NCBI GenBank assembly: GCA_946186455.1 | Contig: CAMHNK010000002.1 | Coordinates: 186 to 64,185 of the forward strand | DNA length: 64,000 nt | Origin: an uncultured Candidatus Saccharibacteria bacterium | GTDB taxonomy: Bacteria > Patescibacteriota > Saccharimonadia > Saccharimonadales > Saccharimonadaceae | Direction: 5' to 3' | Part shown: piece by piece, positions 27,339 through 37,444 of the stretch | How positions within the stretch are numbered: the first letter of the stretch is position 1 | How the letters are laid out: the number at the start of each line of letters is the position of its first letter | The notes under the pieces: model-generated | The model's database searches: none | Told to the model about the DNA's origin: nothing | The model's input: only the letters and a program-made list of their open reading frames with translations | Made by a program: the position numbers and the translations under genes

Positions 27339-28610
27339 TTAGTTAAACTTTTTGATTTCGTAAGTACCGGATTTGGCTTCGTTTTCACCAATCACAATAC
27401 CATTTTCAGCTAGTTTTGCAGCGTAAGTCAGTTTATCGCCTAATCTTTTATCGGTCGCGACAATCGTCACCTTCTCACCCTGATCACGACGATCCTTCGC
27501 CACCCTCATAGCAAGCTCAATCTCATTTTCTGTAATCGGAATCACTGCCGTATCAATCGGTTTACCTTCTTGACTTTTCACCAAATTATTTTCATTTAGA
27601 ACATAAAATAGCCGCGTAAGTCCAATCGAACCCCCGACACCTGGTAGTTCTTGCTCGGTAAAGAAACCGGCCAAATTCTCGTAACGACCACCACCACAAA
27701 CTGAACCAACCTGTCTGTATTCCGGCAAAACAAATTCAAACACGGTACCCGTATAATAATCGAGTCCACGCACAATCAACATGTCGGCTTCGATATCCGT
27801 ACCACGGCCATCCATTTCAAGTGCGAGCATCACCTTCTCGAGTTCCGCGATGCCCTTCTTGTATGTTTCATTAAGATCGCCAAACTCACGAAGTGCCTGT
27901 GTCACACTAGCCCTACCACCATGAATGCCGATAAACTTAACTAACTGATTAATCTTTGCATTTTCAATCCCAAGTTCCGCAAATGCCTCACGCGTCGCTT
28001 CCGGTGGTACTTTCTCGGCATGATCAATTACGCCAAAAATTTTTCCAGAAATTTCAGATAAGCCCATCGCCTCAACGAAACCAGACAAGATTTTGCGATT
28101 ATTGATTCTCGCGAGCACTGGCGTACCGAGCTCAAAGCCTTTAAACGCATCAATTAGAGTTGCAATCACGTCGGCATCATAATAAATCGGCAAGTTGCCT
28201 CTACCAATCACATCTACATCGCACTGATAGAATTCGCGGAAACGTCCTTTTTGTGCTCTCTCGCCACGGAAGTTACGTCCGATTTGCGTTACCTTAAATG
28301 GAAAAGTCAACTCATTTTCGTGTTCAACCACATAGCGCGCTAGTGGCACAGTGTGGTCAAAGCGAAGTGCCTGGTCGGCATCATCCTCAGACTCAGCCGT
28401 CTTAATCACTTTGTAAATTTGTTTTTCAGTATCACCACCCGCCTTGGCTAAAAGGATTTCGTTGCGGTCAATAATCGGAGTTTCGATGCTAAGAAAGCCA
28501 TGGTTATGATAAACTTCACTGATTACGTTTTTGTATCGATCAAAAATTGCTTGTGTTTCTGGTAGCAGCTCTTGCATGCCAGAGATTGGTGAAGTATTCA
28601 TCTTTTTCAT
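27339..28610 (-). CDS. hisS: histidine--tRNA ligase
   Basis: LRFDHTVPLARY, FRGERAQKGRFREFYQCD, RGLDYYTG, GGGRY. Confidence 0.98.
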   Translation of the reverse strand: MKKMNTSPISGMQELLPETQAIFDRYKNVISEVYHNHGFLSIETPIIDRNEILLAKAGGDTEKQIYKVIKTAESEDDADQALRFDHTVPLARYVVEHENELTFPFKVTQIGRNFRGERAQKGRFREFYQCDVDVIGRGNLPIYYDADVIATLIDAFKGFELGTPVLARINNRKILSGFVEAMGLSEISGKIFGVIDHAEKVPPEATREAFAELGIENAKINQLVKFIGIHGGRASVTQALREFGDLNETYKKGIAELEKVMLALEMDGRGTDIEADMLIVRGLDYYTGTVFEFVLPEYRQVGSVCGGGRYENLAGFFTEQELPGVGGSIGLTRLFYVLNENNLVKSQEGKPIDTAVIPITENEIELAMRVAKDRRDQGEKVTIVATDKRLGDKLTYAAKLAENGIVIGENEAKSGTYEIKKFN

Positions 28611-28647
28611 AGATTAATTATAACACTAAAAATGGTATAATATAAGC

Positions 28648-29205
28648 ATGAGCGAAGACGAGCAAGAAGTCATAGCAGAAGAAGCAGTCGAAGAGACTCC
28701 AGAAGCCGAAAACGCCGTTCTCGAAGAAGACCCGGACGAAGAAATCAAAATCTCCGTGCCAATTGCTTCAATCTGTCTTTCAGTATTACCTTTTGTTTTG
28801 TACACGATTTGCCTCAACACTTCCGGTGGCAGTCTTAAACAAGAAGGCGGTGCAGCGCAGTGGTGGATTCTAGCGGCTTATTACATCACAACCATCGGCT
28901 TTATTCTGGGTGTACTTTCATTATCCTTTGCTTTTGCTGCTCTTCGCACTCGCTTCAAAGGTATGGCGATTATTAGCCTGCTCATTAAAGCCACCTATAT
29001 TATTATCCTAGGTCTCACGCCATTCCTTGGTCCAGAGATTTTCTATGAATTCCTATTTAATTATCATTTGCTAATCATCGCCGGCATCGGCATTGCCCTT
29101 AGCGTCATGCTCTACGGCATCGTCGGTATTCACGAACTCAACAAACTCGAAAAAGAAGAAGCACTCGCCCGAGCCGACACCGACATCGAACCGGCCGACG
29201 AATAA
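28648..29205 (+). CDS. four-TM membrane protein with acidic termini
   Basis: 185 aa hydrophobic ORF; TGGTATAAT 6 nt before ATG. Confidence 0.75.
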   Translation: MSEDEQEVIAEEAVEETPEAENAVLEEDPDEEIKISVPIASICLSVLPFVLYTICLNTSGGSLKQEGGAAQWWILAAYYITTIGFILGVLSLSFAFAALRTRFKGMAIISLLIKATYIIILGLTPFLGPEIFYEFLFNYHLLIIAGIGIALSVMLYGIVGIHELNKLEKEEALARADTDIEPADE

Positions 29206-29213
29206 TTCTTCAA

Positions 29214-29244
29214 CAGAAAAGCCCCCGAGAGTGGGGGTTTTCTG
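29214..29244. terminator. hairpin terminator between convergent units
   Basis: CAGAAAAgCCCC...GGGGgTTTTCTG inverted repeat. Confidence 0.55.
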
Positions 29245-29280
29245 CATCAACTTAATAGAAAGGAAGACCATATGAACATA

Positions 29281-29357
29281 TGGTGGGCGATACAGGAGTC
29301 GAACCTGTGACCTCGTCTACGTCAAAGACGCGCTCTAGCCAACTGAGCTAACCGCCC
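29281..29357 (-). tRNA. tRNA-Val(GAC)
   Basis: Cloverleaf; anticodon arm CGTCT-ttGACgt-AGACG; TTCGA; encoded CCA. Confidence 0.95.
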
Positions 29358-29379
29358 ATAATAAAATTTCTTTGAAATT

Positions 29380-29456
29380 TGGTGAGTCGGGAGGGGCTCG
29401 AACCCTCGACACCGGGCTTAAAAGGCCCGTGCTCTAACCTGCTGAGCTACCGACCC
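29380..29456 (-). tRNA. tRNA-Lys(TTT)
   Basis: Anticodon arm CGGGC-ctTTTaa-GCCCG; TTCGA; CCA. Confidence 0.95.
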
Positions 29457-29511
29457 AAGTTGTTAATTGTGGTGGCGCCGTTGGCGAAGCCCGACCCACG
29501 CGTTCATTAGC

Positions 29512-29587
29512 TGGTGGCGCCGACTGGACTTGAACCAGTGACACAAGGCTCTTCAGGCCTCTGCTCTACCAGCTGAGCTACAGCGCC
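29512..29587 (-). tRNA. tRNA-Phe(GAA)
   Basis: Anticodon arm GAGGC-ctGAAga-GCCTT; TTCAA; CCA; TGTGGTATAAT promoter upstream. Confidence 0.95.
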
Positions 29588-29629
29588 AACGCTACTTCAG
29601 CTATTATACCACATTTTCTTAAGTTTTGT

Positions 29630-30382
29630 CTATTTTTTTCTTAGATACGTTAAATAGTAACCACCACCGACGAGTACGGCCCCACCGATGATATTCCCGA
29701 TCGTCACTGGAAGTAAGTTCTCCACCAAGAACGATTGTACGGATAAACCAGCCGTTGCTGCACCATTAAACCAATTCATAAATAACCCCGCCGGTACATA
29801 ATACATATTAGCGACCGAGTGTTCAAAGCCACATAAAACGAAAAGAAACACTGGGAAAAACACTGCCGCAATTTTACCACCCACCGTTTTTGCGCCAAAC
29901 GCCATCCAAACTGCAATACAAACTAGAAAATTACAAAGCACACCCCTCAGCATCGCGACCGGAAAGCCCATACTCACCTTCGCACTCGCCGTCGCTACGA
30001 CTGAATCCGAAATCGGATCGAGCACGCCACTAGAAGTGACAATGAGAGCCACAAGCAATGCGCCGATAAAGTTCCCAATGAACACAAACAACCAGTTCTT
30101 TAATAACCTAAGTGGCCCAATCTCCCGGCTAAGAAGCGCCGTCACCATCAAACAATTCCCCGTAAACAATTCGCTTCCTGCCACTACCACCATTGCGAGC
30201 CCGGCCGGAAATATTAAAGCACCAGCGATTTTCCCGACATACGCATTCCCAAAGGTGGCACCCACACCTGCTAGCGCAATAAACGCCCCCGCAAACATTC
30301 CGAGTAGGATCATTTTAAATATACTGAGATTTGCTTTCTTAATCCCAGCGCTCACCGCTTTTGTTGCTATTTCGTCTGGCAT
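29630..30382 (-). CDS. formate/nitrite transporter (FNT family)
   Basis: FP.GL..V...GSELFTGN, GNFIGA, LCN.LVC.AVW, GFEHSVANM, VTIGNIIGG. Confidence 0.95.
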   Translation of the reverse strand: MPDEIATKAVSAGIKKANLSIFKMILLGMFAGAFIALAGVGATFGNAYVGKIAGALIFPAGLAMVVVAGSELFTGNCLMVTALLSREIGPLRLLKNWLFVFIGNFIGALLVALIVTSSGVLDPISDSVVATASAKVSMGFPVAMLRGVLCNFLVCIAVWMAFGAKTVGGKIAAVFFPVFLFVLCGFEHSVANMYYVPAGLFMNWFNGAATAGLSVQSFLVENLLPVTIGNIIGGAVLVGGGYYLTYLRKK

Positions 30383-30389
30383 AAACCTC

Positions 30390-30614
30390 CTATTTACCGA
30401 TAATTTCTATCGTTTTTTGGTGAGACCTTCCACCCGACCGAATCTCAACACAGCTCTTCGCCACGTCATAATAATCTGCTAGCAAACGAACAAGTGCATC
30501 ATTTGCTTCACCATCGTGCGGTTTCTCCCGCAAATACACGGTGACGCCTTCTGCTGTTTCCTCCACTAACGGACCTTTTTTCGATCCAGGCTTCACTAAA
30601 ACTTTAATTAACAT
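30390..30614 (-). CDS. DUF167 (YggU-like) protein
   Basis: V.VKPGSKK, P.DGEAN.AL..LLA.Y.DV.KS.VEI.SG..S..K; start reassigned to 30614. Confidence 0.9.
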   Translation of the reverse strand: MLIKVLVKPGSKKGPLVEETAEGVTVYLREKPHDGEANDALVRLLADYYDVAKSCVEIRSGGRSHQKTIEIIGK

Positions 30615-30637
30615 TACATCTATTATATAATAAACCA

Positions 30638-31309
30638 ATGATTATTGGTGTATTTGATTCAGGAAGAGGCGGTAAAACGGTCGCGGACACTATCATCGAA
30701 ATGAATCCTGGTATTCACGTGATCTATGTTTCTGATGCCAAACATTGTCCCTACGGCGAAAAAGACGACGAAACTCTCTATGGACTCGTTTCTAGAATCG
30801 TCCGGGGATTCGTTAATGCTAATCTCGATATGGTCGTCATTGCTTGTAACACCGCCACCACTCGTTGCATCAAAAGACTCCGTGAAGATTTCCCAGACAT
30901 GCCTTTTATCGGCACTGAACCAGCAGTAAAACTCGCCGCTGGTTCCGATGCTAAAAAGATTCTCGTTCTCGCCACTCCTGGCACCATTCATTCCGAACGC
31001 CTCGAAACACTCGTGAAAGACAACCAGAAAAAAGGCCAAACCATTGATCTTTTGGCTTGCCCCGGCCTTGCCGATACGATTGAATTCAACCTCGACGAAG
31101 ATAATTCTAAAATCGAGCAAAAACTGGGCGAACTCTTAAAAGATACTGACAAAGATTACGATGCTATCGTCCTTGGCTGTACTCACTATTCATTAATTAA
31201 GCCGATGATCCAAAAGTTTTTCCCTACTGCAAAACTCATTGACGGGAACGAAGGTATCGCGAGAAGAGTGGGCGCCATCGCCGAAGAAATCAGAAAAAGA
31301 GAAGCCTAA
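30638..31309 (+). CDS. murI: glutamate racemase
   Basis: GVFDSG.GG, PYG.K, IACNTAT, LGCTHY. Confidence 0.96.
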   Translation: MIIGVFDSGRGGKTVADTIIEMNPGIHVIYVSDAKHCPYGEKDDETLYGLVSRIVRGFVNANLDMVVIACNTATTRCIKRLREDFPDMPFIGTEPAVKLAAGSDAKKILVLATPGTIHSERLETLVKDNQKKGQTIDLLACPGLADTIEFNLDEDNSKIEQKLGELLKDTDKDYDAIVLGCTHYSLIKPMIQKFFPTAKLIDGNEGIARRVGAIAEEIRKREA

Positions 31310-31340
31310 AAAAAATCCCCCTTTTACAGGGGGATTTTTT
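31310..31340. terminator. bidirectional terminator
   Basis: AAAAAATCCCCCT-ttta c-AGGGGGATTTTTT between convergent genes. Confidence 0.8.
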
Positions 31341-31350
31341 GACAACCCGA

Positions 31351-31773
31351 TTATTTCTTCTCGGCAAGTTTGTCGGTATTGCGCCAAATGCGGCAAAGAA
31401 CCAAGATAAGTTCAAAGGCAAGGCGAAGCACGAGTGGGTAAAGGAGAAGTTGTTCGAAGAACGGCAACACACCATTACCACCAAGAAGGATAAGATTATT
31501 AATAGAAGTTAATACAAAGTAAATTACAAATGCATAGTAGAACATCTTTGCAAGTGCTTCGACGTGCATAGTCTTGAATGAAAGATAATCGCGTAGGCTC
31601 TTTGCAAAACCCTTGAAATCAGCTTTCGACTTCACGAATAGGAAGTAGATAAGGATAGCGGCGGCAATTGCAAGAATTGTTGCAACAATCGTCCAAATCT
31701 GAACACCTAAGATAGTATTGCTCGTGCTTGTATAAGAGCTATAAGCAGTATTCATTAATGATTGTAAGTCCAT
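31351..31773 (-). CDS. three-TM membrane protein (DUF4282-like C-terminus)
   Basis: 140 aa; L.F..M....L.K..Y and LR..FE....L..I..N patterns; AGGAG SD. Confidence 0.7.
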   Translation of the reverse strand: MDLQSLMNTAYSSYTSTSNTILGVQIWTIVATILAIAAAILIYFLFVKSKADFKGFAKSLRDYLSFKTMHVEALAKMFYYAFVIYFVLTSINNLILLGGNGVLPFFEQLLLYPLVLRLAFELILVLCRIWRNTDKLAEKK

Positions 31774-31857
31774 ATTTTTTAATAACTCCTTTTATTATTA
31801 ACTTAATAATACCATAAAAAATTTATTTTTGTATAAAAATCTTATATAATCATTTTT

Positions 31858-33048
31858 ATGAATAGAGTTCCCCTGGCCGAGAGAATGCGACCAACTAAAT
31901 TATCAGAGGTTTTGGGCCAAAACGAGATTATTGGCGAAGGCAAAATTTTGACGGAAATCGTCAAAAAAGGCGAGCCGGTCAACTTGATTTTTTGGGGACC
32001 TCCGGGCACCGGCAAAACTACTTTAGCCAGAATTCTTGCCAAAGAATTTAATGCGGATTTTATTGAAATCTCCGCTGTTACGGCCGGGAAGAAAGATGTC
32101 GAAGAAGTTGTTGAGCGCGCCAAAGTCAACTGGAATTTAAAAACCAGAACCGTACTCTTTGTAGATGAAATCCATCGTTTTAATAAAGCCCAGCAAGACG
32201 CTTTTTTGCCACACGTCGAATCTGGATTAATCACCTTGATTGGCGCCACTACTGAGAATCCAAGTTTTGAAGTGATTTCACCACTGCTTTCTCGTTCCCG
32301 CGTAGTTGTCATTAAAGGCCTTGATCGTGATTCCATTATCGAAGTTTTAAAGCGTGCCATTAAAGCCGAAAAAGCCACTAAACGCGTCACCAAGAAAGCG
32401 ATTGAAATGATTGCCGATTTATCTGGTGGCGATGCTCGCTCGGCCTTAGGCGACCTAGAACTCGCGCTTTCCCTTGCCGAAAAGGTTGATGAAAAAGTCG
32501 TCGAAGAAGCCGCCGGTCGCAAGATGCCGGGCTACGACAAAAAAGGCGACAAACATTACGACACAATTTCTGCATTTATCAAGTCAATGCGTGGCTCCGA
32601 CACTGACGCAGCGCTTTATTACTTAGCTCGCATGGTTCAGGCCGGCGAAGACCCAAAATTCATCGCTCGTCGTATGGTAATCTTCGCTTCCGAAGACATT
32701 GGCCTTGCCGGTAATGGTGCTCTTTCTCTTGCTACCGCTTGCTTCCAAGCCGTCGAACGCGTTGGTATGCCGGAATCCGGTCTAATCCTTGCCCATACTT
32801 GCATTGCTCTTAGCAAATCTAAGAAAAACCGCGACTCCGCCGACGCTTGGTATAAAGCCCTGGATCTCGCCCATAAAACACCAAACGAACCGGTACCAAT
32901 CTGGCTCCGCAACGCCCCAACCAAACTCATGAAAGACCTCGGTTTTGGCAAAGGTCAAAAATGGGAATCTGGTTTTCATCTTGATAAAAACTATTTACCT
33001 GATTCAATCAAAAACGAAAAAATCTATCACAATACAAAGACTGATTAA
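31858..33048 (+). CDS. rarA: replication-associated recombination protein A
   Basis: PLAERMRP, WGPPGTGKTT, DEIHRFNKAQQD, ISAFIKS.RGSD, ASEDIG.A. Confidence 0.96.
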   Translation: MNRVPLAERMRPTKLSEVLGQNEIIGEGKILTEIVKKGEPVNLIFWGPPGTGKTTLARILAKEFNADFIEISAVTAGKKDVEEVVERAKVNWNLKTRTVLFVDEIHRFNKAQQDAFLPHVESGLITLIGATTENPSFEVISPLLSRSRVVVIKGLDRDSIIEVLKRAIKAEKATKRVTKKAIEMIADLSGGDARSALGDLELALSLAEKVDEKVVEEAAGRKMPGYDKKGDKHYDTISAFIKSMRGSDTDAALYYLARMVQAGEDPKFIARRMVIFASEDIGLAGNGALSLATACFQAVERVGMPESGLILAHTCIALSKSKKNRDSADAWYKALDLAHKTPNEPVPIWLRNAPTKLMKDLGFGKGQKWESGFHLDKNYLPDSIKNEKIYHNTKTD

Positions 33049-34820
33049 TCTTTATCGTCAAGAAAAGCGCCACTCTGCCTAGACCATAATTTGGCATATT
33101 CGCCTTTTCTCACAAGTAATTTTTTATGCGTACCCTGTTCTACGACTTTTCCTTCATTTAAAACTACAATTTCATCTAGGCCAGCAATCGTCGAAAGACG
33201 GTGCGCTACTACAATCGAAGTACGATTTTTCATTAGGTTTTTTAATGCATCCTGAATTAGCGCTTCGGATTCTGAATCTAGAGCCGACGTTGCCTCGTCA
33301 AGCACCAAAATTGGAGCATTTTTAAGAATTGCTCTTGCTATGGCAATTCTCTGTCTTTGGCCGCCCGAAAGCTTTATTCCGCGTTCGCCCACCAGTGTTT
33401 CATAACCATTTGGCAAGTCACGAATGAAACCGTCCGCATTTGCAAGCTTGGCAGCTTCTACAACTTCCTCTTTACTTGCCCCGGGCTTACCATAAGAAAT
33501 GTTTTCAAACACCGAACGATGAAACAAAGATGATTCTTGCGGCACATAAGCAATTGCTTCGCGCAATGATTTCTGTGTTACATTGCGAATATCTTGACCG
33601 TCAATGGTGATTCCTCCACCAGTCACATCCGCAAAACGAAGTAACAACTTTGTTAATGTAGTTTTTCCGGAACCGGATATCCCTACCAATCCTACACTTT
33701 TTCCGGCCGGGATTATTAAATTGAAATTATCAAATAAAGCCGTCTTCTGCTCGGCGTGCTTAAAATTAATCTTATTAAATATAATCTCTGCTTTTTCAAC
33801 TTTCAAAGGTTTATCGGTTTTATCGTCAATAATATATGGCATGTCTAAAATCTCCACCATTTCCTTAGCATCACCAAATGCTCGATTCATTGTCCTAAGA
33901 ATATGACCAAGCATCCACAAATGATCCATTAGTGACATAGATATTGTGTACAAGAACACGGTATTTGCCACACTAAGACCAAACCATTGCTGACTACAAA
34001 TAATTAATATTACTATTACTACGAACGTAATTGTTTCAACCGTATTGAGGGCCGAATTTCTTACGAGCGACGCTTTTGCCATTCCAAATGTCGCATCGTG
34101 AGTTCGTTTAGTCGCTTTAGCAAAGCGTTTTCTCTCAAAATTCTCACGCGCGTACGACTTCACGCTTAAAACATTCGTCACCGAATCAGCTAGCTGTCCA
34201 GTTTGCTTATTTTCCGCCTCCGCTAACTCTTCTTCACGATAAGCATCGCGGCGAAACATATAAAACGCGATAAATACGAAGAAAATCGAGAATAACACTA
34301 ACACCAATGCAAACGGCGGACAGATTAAGAATGCTGTAATAATCGAATAAAACGCAATCAAAATTAACGGAAAAACATCCCAAACAAAATTCGATTTAAA
34401 GTTGATAAATGCACCTGACAACTTATTTGCCTGAGATGTAAGCGAACCGGAAAAATGATTACTATGAAAAGTCATCGACTGATTAATCACCGCATTAAAA
34501 GCCAGTTGCGCTAAAAATTCTCCACCTTTAGCGTCAAGTGACCAATCTAGCCAATCAAGGATTCTAATTAAAACAAGATTATTAAATGCCGCCGGGAGCA
34601 AAGTCAATAAAAGAATTCCGATATAATTATTAATTTCAAAATCACCAGCGCTAATTTGCCCGATAATTTCACTAGTTCCACGAGGCACTATTACATGTGC
34701 AATAAAAATCCAAATCGGAATTAAAAGAAGAATTAAAAATGTCCGAACTTTATTTTGCATCAATGCCATCCAAAAATAATGGAGTGTTCGTTTCAGATTA
34801 ATCTTTTTCTTCTTCGCCAT
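33045..34820 (-). CDS. ABC exporter, fused permease/ATPase
   Basis: TM domain, GISGSGKTT, LSGGQRQR, LDEATSALD, AHRLST; start reassigned to 34820. Confidence 0.95.
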   Translation of the reverse strand: MAKKKKINLKRTLHYFWMALMQNKVRTFLILLLIPIWIFIAHVIVPRGTSEIIGQISAGDFEINNYIGILLLTLLPAAFNNLVLIRILDWLDWSLDAKGGEFLAQLAFNAVINQSMTFHSNHFSGSLTSQANKLSGAFINFKSNFVWDVFPLILIAFYSIITAFLICPPFALVLVLFSIFFVFIAFYMFRRDAYREEELAEAENKQTGQLADSVTNVLSVKSYARENFERKRFAKATKRTHDATFGMAKASLVRNSALNTVETITFVVIVILIICSQQWFGLSVANTVFLYTISMSLMDHLWMLGHILRTMNRAFGDAKEMVEILDMPYIIDDKTDKPLKVEKAEIIFNKINFKHAEQKTALFDNFNLIIPAGKSVGLVGISGSGKTTLTKLLLRFADVTGGGITIDGQDIRNVTQKSLREAIAYVPQESSLFHRSVFENISYGKPGASKEEVVEAAKLANADGFIRDLPNGYETLVGERGIKLSGGQRQRIAIARAILKNAPILVLDEATSALDSESEALIQDALKNLMKNRTSIVVAHRLSTIAGLDEIVVLNEGKVVEQGTHKKLLVRKGEYAKLWSRQSGAFLDDKD

Positions 34821-34880
34821 ATCAAAATTATAACACACCCACTTATCTCTATTAGGATAAGAGTATGATATAATACTTTT

Positions 34881-36233
34881 ATGAGCAAATTAGAGGATAT
34901 AGTAAGTTTATGTAAGCGCCGTGGATTTATTTTTCCAGGGAGCGATGTTTATGGCGGTATGGCCGGAACGTGGGACTTTGGTCCACTCGGTGTCACGCTA
35001 AAAAAGAAAATAATGGACGCTTGGTGGGAGTTCTTCGTCGAGAGCCGCGATGATATGTATGGCGTTGATGCTGCTATCATCATGAACCCAAGGACTTGGG
35101 TTGCTTCTGGCCATGTGGCCACTTTTGCCGACCCATTAGTTGAATGCAAAGAATGTAAATCCCGTTTTCGTGCCGACAAGATTGCCGATGGTATTACCGA
35201 ATCTGTTACTACCGAAGAATTCTTAGCCACACACACTAAATGTCCAGTTTGTGGCAAAGAAAATTGGGGTCCAATCCGTAAATTTAACATGATGTTCTCT
35301 ACCCATGTTGGCGCCGTTCTACCGGAAGATACCGCCGAGAATAAAGAACTTGCCGAAAAATCCATTGCTTACCTTCGTCCGGAAACCGCCCAAGGTATTT
35401 TTACAAACTACAAAAACGTCGTCGACACAATTTATCCAAATCTTCCTTTTGGTATCGCCCAACAAGGTAAGGCCTTCCGCAACGAAATATCGCCACGCGA
35501 CTTTATCCTCCGCGACCGCGAATGTAGTCAAATGGAAATTGAATATTTCGTCGCGCCAAATACTTGGGAAGAAAACTTCGAAAAGATGCGTGAGCTTCAG
35601 CACGAATTTCTCGAAAAAATTATCGGACTTCCGGCCAATCATCTTCACGAATACGACGTTCCGGCCGAAGATCGTGCTCACTATAGCAAGCGCACTACCG
35701 ACTTCATGTTTGATTATCCAAATGGCGCAGAAGAACTCATGGGTCTTGCTTATCGCACCGATTTCGACCTTTCGAACATTGCGCGTGAATCCGGTAAATC
35801 CATGGATTACCGCGACAAAGTCACTGGTGAGGTCTTTATTCCACACGTGATTGAACCTTCAATCGGCGTTGAGCGTCTATTCCTCGCTGTTCTCTCGACC
35901 GCTTATTCCGAAGACGAAGTCAATGGCGAAAAGCGCATCGTCCTAAAACTTGCTGAAAATCTCGCTCCATATCGTTTCTGTGTTTCCCCACTTCTAAAGA
36001 ACAAGCCAGAGCTCGTCGAAAAAGCGAAGACCGTTTATGACCAGATTCGCAAGAAGTATGGCAACGTCACTTGGGATGATTCTGGCAACATCGGTAAGCG
36101 CTATCGCAAGCAAGATGAAATCGGTACGCCAAAATGTGTCGTAATCGACTTCGACACTCTCGAAGATGACACCGTCACCGTGCGTGACCGCGACACAACC
36201 GAACAAACTCGTATTAAAATCGCTGATTTGTAA
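34881..36233 (+). CDS. glyQS: glycine--tRNA ligase (homodimeric type)
   Basis: SLCKRRGF, YLRPETAQG, FRNEI.PR.F, AHYS, PHVIEPS.GV, IGKRY..QDEIGTP. Confidence 0.97.
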   Translation: MSKLEDIVSLCKRRGFIFPGSDVYGGMAGTWDFGPLGVTLKKKIMDAWWEFFVESRDDMYGVDAAIIMNPRTWVASGHVATFADPLVECKECKSRFRADKIADGITESVTTEEFLATHTKCPVCGKENWGPIRKFNMMFSTHVGAVLPEDTAENKELAEKSIAYLRPETAQGIFTNYKNVVDTIYPNLPFGIAQQGKAFRNEISPRDFILRDRECSQMEIEYFVAPNTWEENFEKMRELQHEFLEKIIGLPANHLHEYDVPAEDRAHYSKRTTDFMFDYPNGAEELMGLAYRTDFDLSNIARESGKSMDYRDKVTGEVFIPHVIEPSIGVERLFLAVLSTAYSEDEVNGEKRIVLKLAENLAPYRFCVSPLLKNKPELVEKAKTVYDQIRKKYGNVTWDDSGNIGKRYRKQDEIGTPKCVVIDFDTLEDDTVTVRDRDTTEQTRIKIADL

Positions 36234-36268
36234 CTATTTATGGTAAAATAATATTAATAGGAGGTAAA

Positions 36269-36814
36269 ATGACTGAAGAAGTTAGAGAAAAAAAGAAGCT
36301 TAATAAGAATTTGTTGGTTGCAATTATTGGCGTTGCTGCTGCCGCTATCACAGTTTTAGTGCTAGTCCTAGTGCTTGGTCGCGGAAATGGCGAATTAAAT
36401 GAAAACTGGTTCAAGTCTGATGGCTCAAAATTAGTCTTAACCATCGAATCTGATCCATCCATGGTGGCGGAAAATGAGCAAACTCCAATCAATTCCCACC
36501 TTGTCTACACCTATTCTGGCGAAACTGTTACTGGTCTCAAGGTTTACTACCAATACGAGAACCCAGTTAAGGCCCAATCTGCTTACGAAACTTTGCATGA
36601 TTCCAACAATGGCCAATACAAAGATGTATTAATTGATGGTCGCTATGTCATTCTCGTTGCTGTCGACTCTGAATACGAGCACCTCAAAGCATCCGATGTG
36701 AAGCAACAAATCGACTTCATGGAAATGATGAAGGGTACTACTTCTGTCGATCCATCCGATGGCAGCGAAGAAGCTCCAATCGAATCCATCGAAGCCCCAG
36801 CTGAAGCTAAGTAA
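36269..36814 (+). CDS. single-pass membrane protein, paralogue of 37445-37939
   Basis: TM plus FKSDG.KLVL...VY.Y.G.T...A..AY...G.YVI motif; GGAGG SD. Confidence 0.8.
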   Translation: MTEEVREKKKLNKNLLVAIIGVAAAAITVLVLVLVLGRGNGELNENWFKSDGSKLVLTIESDPSMVAENEQTPINSHLVYTYSGETVTGLKVYYQYENPVKAQSAYETLHDSNNGQYKDVLIDGRYVILVAVDSEYEHLKASDVKQQIDFMEMMKGTTSVDPSDGSEEAPIESIEAPAEAK

Positions 36815-36818
36815 AACA

Positions 36819-36849
36819 AAAAAATACTCCCTTTCGGGAGTATTTTTTT
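36819..36849. terminator. bidirectional terminator
   Basis: AAAAAATACTCCC-tttc-GGGAGTATTTTTT. Confidence 0.8.
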
Positions 36850-36858
36850 ATTCGCTAA

Positions 36859-37389
36859 TTATTTGTCTTCCCAGCGCTTAATGGCTGCAGCAATCACTTC
36901 CTTAGCCTCTTCCACACCTTCAAAACACTTAACCTCAGTCGTGCCAGGTTTCTTCAAATCCTTATAATGATTGAAGTGGAATTCAATTTGCTTCAAAGTC
37001 TGAGCTGGCAAATCTTTGAGTGAGTTATAGCAATCACCATTGTTACGATCATCGGCTGGTACACAGATGATTTTATCATCAACTTCACCACCATCCACAA
37101 ATTTCATCACGCCGAGGATTTTTGCCTTCATCCAAATACCAGTCGTAAGTGGTTGATCGGTAATCATTAAGACATCAAGCTCATCGCCATCCTCATCAAT
37201 CGTTTGTGGAATAAAGCCGTAGTTGCATGGCTTTGCAAATGCCATTGGTTCAACACGATCGAGCATAAAGCAAGCGCGCTCGCGGTCCCATTCAATCTTG
37301 TGGTTTGAGCCGGTTGGAATTTCAATCACGACGTTGAGTTCGCCCTTTTTGTAATCCCCTGGTGTCAAAACTTTATTAAAGTCTGCCAT
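36859..37389 (-). CDS. ppa: inorganic pyrophosphatase (family I)
   Basis: IEIP, NYGFIPQT..EDGD.LDV, D.GE.DDK, F..YKDL. Confidence 0.95.
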   Translation of the reverse strand: MADFNKVLTPGDYKKGELNVVIEIPTGSNHKIEWDRERACFMLDRVEPMAFAKPCNYGFIPQTIDEDGDELDVLMITDQPLTTGIWMKAKILGVMKFVDGGEVDDKIICVPADDRNNGDCYNSLKDLPAQTLKQIEFHFNHYKDLKKPGTTEVKCFEGVEEAKEVIAAAIKRWEDK

Positions 37390-37444
37390 AATATCTCCTA
37401 TGTTTTTATATAGGATATATTATAACATATTTTAAATATTCAGT

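Noticed and set aside
31842-32522. 226-aa minus-strand ORF, and many similar short ORFs in the track
   Set aside because: Antisense or out-of-frame shadows of well-supported genes (here rarA); no motifs or start signals
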